Assembly (NCBI GenBank): GCA_051439505.1
Contig: JBFRWI010000086.1
Span: 32,001-96,000 of the forward strand
Direction: 5' to 3'
DNA length: 64,000 nucleotides
DNA from: Hormoscilla sp.
GTDB lineage: Bacteria; Cyanobacteriota; Cyanobacteriia; Cyanobacteriales; Desertifilaceae
Shown: in pieces, positions 18,649 through 26,846 of the stretch
Position numbering within the stretch: the first letter of the stretch is position 1
Layout of the letters: every line of letters starts with the position of its first letter
Notes under the pieces: generated by a model
What the model was told of the DNA's origin: nothing
The model's database searches: none
Seen by the model: only the letters and a program-made list of their open reading frames with translations
Program-made: the position numbers and the translations under genes

Positions 18649-18993
18649 TCATCCATTCAACAGGGATTCAAACTCCGTCTTGAGGGAATGAACATCAGCT
18701 ACCCGGGCCACTAACAGGCTGCGATCGCCGGCATCCTGTAAGCGCCGCCTCCAATGCCGGATGCTATCGGAGTTTTTCATCCAATAGCCGATAACGCTGT
18801 CCACCACCCGATCGAAGTCCCAACCGCGAATCTGAGGCACTGTCTCCACCGATTCCAGAAAAGCATCCAAGGTACAATGGTAACTGGCCACATATTCCGC
18901 ACCAGCACGGGGTTGTTGTTCGATCTTCTCCTGCTGATGATTAAAAAAATGCAAAATTGGCGATACGCCGAGGATGTCAAATGTGTAATTCAT
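18649..18993 (-). CDS. Conserved cyanobacterial hypothetical protein
   Basis: MNYTFDILGVSPIL...YHCTLDAFL...LLVARV; RBS GAGGA. Confidence 0.75.
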   Translation of the reverse strand: MNYTFDILGVSPILHFFNHQQEKIEQQPRAGAEYVASYHCTLDAFLESVETVPQIRGWDFDRVVDSVIGYWMKNSDSIRHWRRRLQDAGDRSLLVARVADVHSLKTEFESLLNG

Positions 18994-19136
18994 GACAAAT
19001 TCCTCAATTTACTATATTTCCGATATTTCTGTGATATGATATTTTGATAAGCAGTGGAGTAACCGATTGTACTAAGCAGCCCCATTTTTGACATCGCTGG
19101 GGTTAAAATAAGTAAAATAGTAGAATAACCATACCT

Positions 19137-19224
19137 GGAGAGGTGGCAGAGCGGTTGAATGCGGCGCACTCGAAATGCGTTATAGGCTAAAACCCTATCG
19201 GGGGTTCGAATCCCCCCCTCTCCG
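19137..19224 (+). tRNA. trnS: tRNA-Ser(CGA)
   Basis: GGAGAGG/CCTCTCC acceptor stem, anticodon loop CT-CGA-AA, long variable arm, GGTTCGAATCC, discriminator G. Confidence 0.96.
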
Positions 19225-19231
19225 TACAGCA

Positions 19232-19858
19232 CTAAACCTTTTGGGCCTGGATAACCTGGAGACTACCACCGGCGTAGAGCTGCTGGCGCTGAAGCTGAAA
19301 ACCAATCTCCCCCAGCAGTTGGGGTAAGTCAGTACGCAGCAGTTCCCAGGCCGTCTCGGTTTCAAATAAAAGCATAAATAGGGATAAGCCGGGCCAAAAT
19401 AGCCAGTTATTGGGGGCGTGCAAATCTACCAGGGCAAAGATGCCTCCCGGTTTCAACACCCGGTACACCTCCTGGAGGATCTGCCGCAGCTGCATGGTTT
19501 CCATTTCGTGCAGGGCGACGCTGGTATGCACGATATCAAACTGATTGTCGCTGAAAGGCATGTTTTCCGCAAAGGCTTCCACATAGGATGCAGCGGGAAC
19601 ATTCTGCTGGGCCCGTTTGAGAGATAAGGGCGAGGCATCTAAACCGGTGACCTCCCGGGACTGCTGCACCAGAAATTTAGTTGCCTGACCGCTGCCACAG
19701 CAGAGATCCAGTATTCGGGTTTGCGAGGTGACGGTTAAATCTTGTAGCGGTAACTGACGAAATCTGCTTTCGCCCCCGACGGCCAGGGCCGAAAGTCGGG
19801 CGATCGCATCATAGAGCCATTGATAGCGATAACTTAAATCTCTGAGAATGGTAGCCAT
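19232..19858 (-). CDS. Class I SAM-dependent methyltransferase (UbiE-like)
   Basis: ILDLCCGSG, GLDAS, MPFSDNQFD, RVLKPGG. Confidence 0.9.
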   Translation of the reverse strand: MATILRDLSYRYQWLYDAIARLSALAVGGESRFRQLPLQDLTVTSQTRILDLCCGSGQATKFLVQQSREVTGLDASPLSLKRAQQNVPAASYVEAFAENMPFSDNQFDIVHTSVALHEMETMQLRQILQEVYRVLKPGGIFALVDLHAPNNWLFWPGLSLFMLLFETETAWELLRTDLPQLLGEIGFQLQRQQLYAGGSLQVIQAQKV

Positions 19859-19862
19859 ATAA

Positions 19863-19896
19863 GTAGTTCGTAGTTCGTAGTTCGTAGTTCGTAGTT
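19863..19896. repeat. (GTAGTTC)n heptamer tract
   Basis: About 5 tandem units. Confidence 0.8.
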
Positions 19897-20092
19897 GGGA
19901 AAAGAGAGCTTCAAATGCTTACCCAGTAAGGGCTATAGCCTTTTTAACAATAGGAGAAAAATATTCAAATAATTATGTCCTGCTACTTAAGCGTGAGTGC
20001 TGTCGGTTTTATTGATAGAGTATACTTATTAACTCAGGTAAGGGCAGTTTCTCGGTTTGGGTGCATCGAAAGCGATCGGCACAGATTCAAGC

Positions 20093-20750
20093 CTAAAACT
20101 CATCATCTTCATCGGATGCCTCAATCTCCATAGCTACAAGTTCTCGCCATAATGATACCACAGATTCATCTACCTCTGCTGCCACTAACCCATCTAACAC
20201 CGCTCCTGACTCCACCTTTAACTCCGGAAATGTCAATAATAACATCGCCAAATCCCGCCAATCTGTACCCGCCTTGGGCTTGCCACGGCGCTGATGGTAT
20301 AAAATTACCTTACTTACTACCAACTCTGCTGGAGCCATCACCAAAACCGCGTAGCGTTGCGAGGTACGAAGCAATCTCGATACAGCGAGAATCTGGTAGC
20401 ATCTCTACCTGTCGAATATCCATCAAATGGCGATTTCCCTTTTTCCGATCCTGATATAACCGATAACCCTGTCCTCCCTCTACCATTCTCACCCGCACGG
20501 CAATGTAAAACCTTTCGCTCAAATAACTCCGCAATTCTTCTGCCAAAGAAGCTGCTTGTAGCGACAACACGTCAATATCCTGTGTCATACGCGGCTCCCC
20601 GACATAGGCATTTACCGCCTGGGCTCCAAATAAAACAACATCTTGGCGATCGCGCAAAAACTCAAACACTGCACGATGCAACGTCGCCAATGGCAAAGAT
20701 TCGCGATTCATAAACTCTTGAAAACTTAAGGTATCTGCAATTAAAACCAT
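20093..20750 (-). pseudogene. Nucleotidyltransferase-family gene, frameshifted near 20350-20380
   Basis: FGAQAVNAY...RMTQDIDV in one frame and SKV...DWRDLAMLL in another; a TTGCGAGGTACGAAGCAATCTC insert sits at the junction. Confidence 0.75.
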
Positions 20751-20799
20751 AACGCCTGATGCGGTGTTCTCTGTTCTGTGTTCTCTGTTTTCTCTAATA

Positions 20800-20904
20800 G
20801 CTAGCTGCAACCATAGCGCCGCTGTCTGCAACCATAGCGCCGCTAGCTGCAACCGTTGCGCGGCTGTCTGCAACCGTTGCGCGGCTGGCTGCAACCATTG
20901 CGCC
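20800..20904. repeat. Five 21-bp tandem repeats GCTNNCTGCAACCRTWGCGCS
   Basis: Units start at 20800, 20821, 20842, 20863 and 20884. Confidence 0.85.
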
Positions 20905-20962
20905 GCAGTAATGCTTGCCCTTGCCTTCACCAGATGCCAGTATAATGCTACTGGGTCGGCAA

Positions 20963-21010
20963 TGCTCTCCTCTCCGCGTGCTCGCTGAGGCGCACGCGGA
21001 GAGGAGAGCA
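20963..21010. other. Perfect 19-bp-stem hairpin upstream of terY
   Basis: TGCTCTCCTCTCCGCGTGC / GCACGCGGAGAGGAGAGCA. Confidence 0.8.
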
Positions 21011-21111
21011 GCCCCGGGTGCAAATGTAACGGGACACAGCCACAGAAATTACCGCTCACTTGCTACAAATTAGAAGAACATGAAACAGAACAACCGATTA
21101 ACGACCTAGCC

Positions 21112-21786
21112 ATGCTGGATAGCTTAAGACTAGACGAAGCAGTAGAATTTGCCGAAAACCCAGAACCTCGTTGTCCCTGCGTTCTCCTCCTGGATACCTC
21201 TGGCTCCATGCAGGGACCGGCTCTTGATGCCTTAAATCAAGGACTGCAAACTTTTAGAGCTGACTTGATTAAAGATTCCCTCGCGGCCCGCCGGGTGGAA
21301 GTGGCGATCGTCACCTTTAATAACGAGATTAGAATTGAGCAAGATTTTGTTACTGCTGACCAGTTTGAACCCCCAATTCTGACAGCCCAAGGCCAGACTT
21401 TCATGGGCAGCGCCATTCACAAAGCCCTGGACATGATCCAAGCCCGCAAAGCCGAATATCGGGCCAATGGCATTGCTTACTATCGCCCCTGGATATTTAT
21501 GATTACCGATGGATCGCCCCAGGGAGAAGGGGAAGATGTGGTCGGTAAGGCCGCCCAGCGCATTAGAGATGAAGAAGTTCAGAAACACGTGGCCTTCTTT
21601 GCCGTGGGGGTGGAAAATGCGGACATGGAACGTCTGGCCGAAATCGTGACCCGCACGCCAGTGAAGCTCAAAGGACTAAATTTTGTGGAGATGTTCCTCT
21701 GGCTTTCCGCTAGTATGTCAGCAGTGTCTCATTCTAAGCTAGACGATCAGGTGGCCTTGCCGCCGCCCGGTTGGGGAACTGTTTGA
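21112..21786 (+). CDS. terY: vWA-domain TerY-like protein
   Basis: PRCPCVLLLDTSGSM (MIDAS), YYRPWIFMITDG, FLWLSASM. Confidence 0.88.
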   Translation: MLDSLRLDEAVEFAENPEPRCPCVLLLDTSGSMQGPALDALNQGLQTFRADLIKDSLAARRVEVAIVTFNNEIRIEQDFVTADQFEPPILTAQGQTFMGSAIHKALDMIQARKAEYRANGIAYYRPWIFMITDGSPQGEGEDVVGKAAQRIRDEEVQKHVAFFAVGVENADMERLAEIVTRTPVKLKGLNFVEMFLWLSASMSAVSHSKLDDQVALPPPGWGTV

Positions 21787-22595
21787 TGAGTAAAAGTGAA
21801 GCGAAAAATTTACAGGCCATAGATTACTGGCGGGTGGTGCCAGCATCAGTGCAGGGCACGGGCCATGAAAAGCGGGGACAGCCTTGTCAAGATGCCTATG
21901 ATTGGGCTAGATTGCCAAAAGGAATCCTGGTGGCAGCGGTGGCTGATGGTGCGGGTTCGGCGGCACTCTCAGAGGTGGGATCTGCGATAGCGACTCAAAC
22001 TGCTGTAGCTACCCTGGGTAACAATACTGCAACCTTACAATTGCAAAAGGACGATCGGGCTTGGCAGTCGCTCTTGAGTGAGGCCGCTTCTGCCGCCCAA
22101 CAGGCGATCGCGGCAGAAGCGGCAGCGCGGGATGTAGAACTGCGGGACTTAGCGACCACTTTAATTATCGTAGTAGCCACGCCAGAATTGGTTGCTGCGG
22201 CCCAGGTGGGTGACGGGGCGGCGGTGGTGCGGGATAATGAAGGCAATCTGAGTGCGCTCACTACCCCAGAAACTGGTGAATATGCCAATGAAACTGTATT
22301 CTTGCTCTCACCCGAAGTGGTAGAAGCGGCCCAAGTTAAAATATGGCGGGGGGAAGTATCTCATCTAGCGATCTTCTCCGATGGACTACAGCGACTGGCC
22401 TTGAAACTTCCCGAAGGAACGCCCCACCCACCATTTTTCTCGCCTCTGTTCCGGTTTGTAGCAGAGGCAACAGATGAAGAGTCAGCAAAGGAGCAATTGA
22501 TGGAATTCTTGCGTCACCCCCGGATTACAGAACGCACGGATGATGATTTAACAATCTTGTTAGCAACTCTCAATCCACTGATGGCTGATAGCTAA
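21786..22595 (+). CDS. PP2C-like phosphatase of a TerY-P triad
   Basis: SVQGTGH...PCQD, VADGAGS, QVGDG, GEYANET, SDGL, TDDD; TGATG overlap with terY. Confidence 0.88.
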   Translation: MSKSEAKNLQAIDYWRVVPASVQGTGHEKRGQPCQDAYDWARLPKGILVAAVADGAGSAALSEVGSAIATQTAVATLGNNTATLQLQKDDRAWQSLLSEAASAAQQAIAAEAAARDVELRDLATTLIIVVATPELVAAAQVGDGAAVVRDNEGNLSALTTPETGEYANETVFLLSPEVVEAAQVKIWRGEVSHLAIFSDGLQRLALKLPEGTPHPPFFSPLFRFVAEATDEESAKEQLMEFLRHPRITERTDDDLTILLATLNPLMADS

Positions 22596-22694
22596 AGGAA
22601 GAAGAGATAACTGTAGGGTGGGCACCGCCCACCACAAAGGAATGGGTGTAAGTACAATAACAATTAACAATTAACAATTAGAAAAAAGAAAGCG

Positions 22695-24983
22695 ATGGGG
22701 CTACAACGGCAATCTAATCGACAATTAATTACTCTAGATAAGGGGTCAGAACTGGGGGCAGGCGGTGAAGCGCGGGTATTCGCTGTCCCGGGAGAACCCA
22801 GTTTAGTAGCAAAGGTTTATCGCCAGCCAAAACCGATGCATGGCCACAAATTGGCGGCGATGCTGGCAAACCCACCGGATAATCCGACGGCATCACTCGG
22901 ACATATGTCTTTCGCTTGGCCTGTTGACTTGCTGTTAACTACAGGGACAAATAAAGTGGCGGGTTTTCTGATGCCGCGAGTGAGGAATATGCGCCCGTTG
23001 ATTGAGTTTTATAACCCGAAAAGTCGCCGCGAGAACTGTCCGTTGTTCAATTATCTTTATCTCCATCGCACGGCCCGCAATTTGGCAGGGGCTGTTAGCG
23101 CCCTACATGCTAGAGGCTATTGTATAGGTGATGTGAATGAGTCGAATATTCTCCTGACAGAGACGGCCCTCTGCACTTTCGTGGATATGGATTCTTTGCA
23201 GGTACCCGATCGCCAGACGGGGGCAATTTACCGCTGTCCGGTAGGGAAGCCAGAATTTACACCACCAGAGTTGCAGGGTAAGTCTTTTGCTGATTTCGAC
23301 AGAAGGCCAGAACAGGATCTGTTTGGGTTGGCGGTGCTGATTTTTCAGCTGTTAATGGAAGGTACTCATCCTTTTGCTGGTGTTTACAGACTGCCGGGAG
23401 AACCGCCCCCGATCGAGAAGCGCATTGCCGCTAATCACTTTCCTTATGGCAGTCGGAAGGTGCCCTTCAATCCGATGCCAGCAGCACCGCCGATAGAGTT
23501 ACTGCATCCGACATTGCGACAACTATTTATGCGCTGCTTTGAAGACGGACATTCTCTCCCTAGCGTTCGCCCCAATGCTAAGACTTGGCAGGTAGCACTC
23601 AAGGAAGCGGAAGATAGTTTGGTAACCTGCGCTAAAAATGAGCAGCATCGCTATGGCAATCATCTACGCAGCTGCCCTTGGTGCGAAAGGACTCGAATTT
23701 TGAAAGGACGAGACCCTTTTCCTTCAGTGGCGGCGGTGCAAAGCGGGCAGCATCTGCAACCGCTAAAACCGAAAAAAATCCCGATCGTGCCAGCGCCATT
23801 ACAGCATTTACCTGCCTATCCCCGGTTGCAGACGCCTGTTGCCTATGGACAGAGTTCCTATAAACTACCGCAACCAGCACCAATATATACTCCCACCCAA
23901 CTGAGTAGACCCAGAAGGATGGAGGTAAACTTGCCATCGGTTAACCCTTTGGTTGCAGGTTTGTTTATCCTCGCATTGGCAGGTGCAGGAGTTTGGTATG
24001 GCAGAAATGGCGGTCCTCCCGTGCATTTAATAGAACCTTTGCTAAAATCGATGCCAGCAGCAAAGGACTCTCCCAGTCCATCTAGTAATTTCAAGATTAA
24101 GGTGCTCTACGGGATTCAGTACCAAGCGGCAGCAGTTCAGGCGATCGCCTTCAGCAGAGATGGTAAGATTTTAGTTAGCGATAAAGACGATGGTGCTATC
24201 TTAATGTGGGGGCTGGAGGGGATGCCAGAAATTAAGCTAATTAATACTTTACAGGGAAAATCTGCGGTCAGCGCGATCGCCATTAGCAGAGATGGTCAGA
24301 TATTAGCGAGTGCTAGTCGCAATGATGACAAAATTAACCTGTGGAAGATGGATACGGGAAAATTCCTAGGCGCGATCGCAGCTAACGAAGGTATAGTGTC
24401 TCTAGCGATCGCTCCCGAACGCCAAATTATCGTAACGGGTAGCCGAGACACAACTTTTAAACTCTGGAATCTTGCTAATGGCACTCGCAAGCTAACTTTT
24501 AAGTGGAATTCTGGGTGGGTAAATGCTGTGGGTATTAGTCCAGATTTACAAACTTTGGTCGCTGGCACGGAATCGGGTACTATTCATCTAGTTGACCTGA
24601 ATACCCTGAAGGAAAAACCATCTCTCAAAAATGGTTCTATGTCAGTTGAATCTGTTGCTTTTACTCCCGATGGCAAAACCCTGGTTAGCAGTCACGGTCG
24701 CGAGATTAATCTCTGGAATATGGCGACGGGACAACGTAAAAGCACTATGACTGGACATATTGGGGAAATTAAGGCGATCGCCATCAGTCCCGATGGTAAG
24801 ATTCTCGCCAGTGGCAGTGCGGATAAGAGTATCAAAATTTGGGAACTGCATACTGGCCAGCTGCTGGAGACTCTCAATAATCATGAAAGGGAAGTAAGGG
24901 CGATCGCATTCAGTCCCGATGGAAAAATACTTGCTAGTAGCAGCGCAGATGGCATGATTAGGCTTTGGCAAATATCAAAATGA
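22695..24983 (+). CDS. TerY-P Ser/Thr kinase with Zn ribbon, TM helix and C-terminal WD40 propeller
   Basis: GAGGEA, AKVY, GDVNESN, DMDS, GKPEFTPPE, EGTHPF, C..N..H...CPWC, then a hydrophobic helix and WD40 repeats. Confidence 0.88.
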   Translation: MGLQRQSNRQLITLDKGSELGAGGEARVFAVPGEPSLVAKVYRQPKPMHGHKLAAMLANPPDNPTASLGHMSFAWPVDLLLTTGTNKVAGFLMPRVRNMRPLIEFYNPKSRRENCPLFNYLYLHRTARNLAGAVSALHARGYCIGDVNESNILLTETALCTFVDMDSLQVPDRQTGAIYRCPVGKPEFTPPELQGKSFADFDRRPEQDLFGLAVLIFQLLMEGTHPFAGVYRLPGEPPPIEKRIAANHFPYGSRKVPFNPMPAAPPIELLHPTLRQLFMRCFEDGHSLPSVRPNAKTWQVALKEAEDSLVTCAKNEQHRYGNHLRSCPWCERTRILKGRDPFPSVAAVQSGQHLQPLKPKKIPIVPAPLQHLPAYPRLQTPVAYGQSSYKLPQPAPIYTPTQLSRPRRMEVNLPSVNPLVAGLFILALAGAGVWYGRNGGPPVHLIEPLLKSMPAAKDSPSPSSNFKIKVLYGIQYQAAAVQAIAFSRDGKILVSDKDDGAILMWGLEGMPEIKLINTLQGKSAVSAIAISRDGQILASASRNDDKINLWKMDTGKFLGAIAANEGIVSLAIAPERQIIVTGSRDTTFKLWNLANGTRKLTFKWNSGWVNAVGISPDLQTLVAGTESGTIHLVDLNTLKEKPSLKNGSMSVESVAFTPDGKTLVSSHGREINLWNMATGQRKSTMTGHIGEIKAIAISPDGKILASGSADKSIKIWELHTGQLLETLNNHEREVRAIAFSPDGKILASSSADGMIRLWQISK

Positions 24984-26248
24984 ATTATTATCTTGGCATA
25001 GATTTTGGAACTTCTGGTGCGCGGGCAGTAATAATTGATGTTGCTGGTATTGTTCAAGCTGAAGCACAATCTTCTTTCGGGGAAGAAACGCTTACAAAAT
25101 CAGATCGCCTAGCTACTGACTGGCAGCATACTTTATTTTCCCTGATTGAACAAATTTCCCCTAATGTCAGAAACTCGGTGAAGGCGATCGCCCTGAATGG
25201 GACTTCTTCTACAGTATTGTTATGCGATGCTGAGGGATTACCCGTTGAAGACCCCATTCTCTACAATGATGCCCGGGGTGTGGTAATGATGGAAAAACTG
25301 AAGGCGATCGCCCCTCCACATCATACCGTAATCAGCGCCACTTCCACTCTCGCTAAACTCCTGTGGTTAATAGAAAATGTCCCATACCAAACTCAACATT
25401 ATTATTTCTTGCATCAAGCTGATTGGTTAGCATTCCATCTGCACGGCAAGCTGGGTGTTAGTGACTATCATAATGCCTTAAAACTGGGTTACGATGTGGA
25501 AAATTTATCTTACCCGGCCTGGTTAGAAAATCTGCAATTACCCTTTCATTTGCCTCAAGTGCTGGCCCCCGGATGCCCGATCGGGCCAATAACACCCCTC
25601 ATTGCCGAAGGGCTGAGTTTACCCCGTGATTGTATCGTCTGTGCGGGTACTACAGATAGTATTGCGGCCTTTCTCGCTAGCGGTGCCAGCAGTCCTGGGG
25701 AAGCGGTAACTTCTCTGGGTTCTACTTTAGTGCTAAAGTTGTTAAGCACCACTCCCGTAAATGATGCCCGATCGGGGATTTACAGTCATAGGTTAGGTAA
25801 TTTGTGGCTAGTGGGCGGTGCTTCTAATACAGGAGGGGCCGTGTTGCGGCAATTCTTTACCGATGGAGAGTTAGAATATCTCAGTAGCCAGATAGATCCG
25901 GTACAAGCAAGTCCTCTCGATTATTATCCTTTACCACAAACGGGCGATCGCTTCCCCATCAACGACCCAAATTTACCCCCCCGACTGGAACCACGTCCTG
26001 ACAACCCAGTAGAATTTTTGCATGGGTTGCTCGAAAGCATGGCCAGAATTGAAGCCCGGGGTTATCAACTACTGCAACAATTCGGTGCCACTCCCCTAAG
26101 TCGCGTTTATACTGCTGGTGGTGGCGCGAAGAATTCCACCTGGACTGCTATTCGCCAGCGTCATCTGCAAGTACCGATGGTGACACCCATCAACACCGCT
26201 GCTGCCTACGGCACGGCCTTATTGGCCTTGCGGGCCGTAAAGCAGTAG
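24980..26248 (+). CDS. FGGY-family carbohydrate (pentulose) kinase
   Basis: LGIDFGTSG, GTTDSIAA, SLGSTL, GGASNTGG, TAGGGA; ATGA overlap with the kinase gene. Confidence 0.92.
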   Translation: MNYYLGIDFGTSGARAVIIDVAGIVQAEAQSSFGEETLTKSDRLATDWQHTLFSLIEQISPNVRNSVKAIALNGTSSTVLLCDAEGLPVEDPILYNDARGVVMMEKLKAIAPPHHTVISATSTLAKLLWLIENVPYQTQHYYFLHQADWLAFHLHGKLGVSDYHNALKLGYDVENLSYPAWLENLQLPFHLPQVLAPGCPIGPITPLIAEGLSLPRDCIVCAGTTDSIAAFLASGASSPGEAVTSLGSTLVLKLLSTTPVNDARSGIYSHRLGNLWLVGGASNTGGAVLRQFFTDGELEYLSSQIDPVQASPLDYYPLPQTGDRFPINDPNLPPRLEPRPDNPVEFLHGLLESMARIEARGYQLLQQFGATPLSRVYTAGGGAKNSTWTAIRQRHLQVPMVTPINTAAAYGTALLALRAVKQ

Positions 26249-26574
26249 GCTGAGTAATTAATCATTTTCCCATTTTTCATCACCAATCAGATCGCCGATG
26301 GGATCTCTCAATAAAAAGCCGCTTTCTTCCAGTTCGCGCTTCTTCCTCGATCATATCTATGGAGTATTTGACATTATAGTTACCTCTCTTTTTGGCTATA
26401 CCCTAGAATCTTTCCCTAGTGAAAAATGCTGATTTTATAGCTCGAACTTTTCATTGTACTCATTCTAGCTGCGGGCTCCTCGATCGCGATCTTAGTTGTA
26501 ACAAAATGAAACATTATGGCCTCCCGTGTCTCCGGGGAGCGCTAACCGCACAAAAGGGGAGACACGGCCACACT

Positions 26575-26794
26575 CAATACTTCTCGGTTAAGAACCTGTC
26601 ATTGCGAGGGGGAAACCAAAACTGACATTTTAGGGAACTCCGTCAGGATCCCCCCGAAGCAATCTCACCGACTTATACCGGACGGGGGGATTGCTTCGGG
26701 GGGGGTTAAGGAGATTTCCCATAAGTTATCGCTACTTACCCCCCCCCTCGCAATGACAAATGTACCTGCCGCCATGCAAAACCTTGAAGTATTG
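26575..26794. mobile_element. 220-bp MITE carrying the nested GTCATTGCGAG/GAAGCAATC palindrome
   Basis: TIRs CAATACTTC..GGTT / AACC..GAAGTATTG; flanking direct repeat CGGCCACAC(T/C) at 26565 and 26795. Confidence 0.8.
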
Positions 26795-26846
26795 CGGCCA
26801 CACCATCTTGAAGGCCCGGTTCCTACCAGAAACCGGGCTCGTCGAA

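Noticed and set aside
19137..19224. tRNA-anchored integrative element
   Set aside because: No integrase, and I saw no duplicated tRNA 3' end in the window
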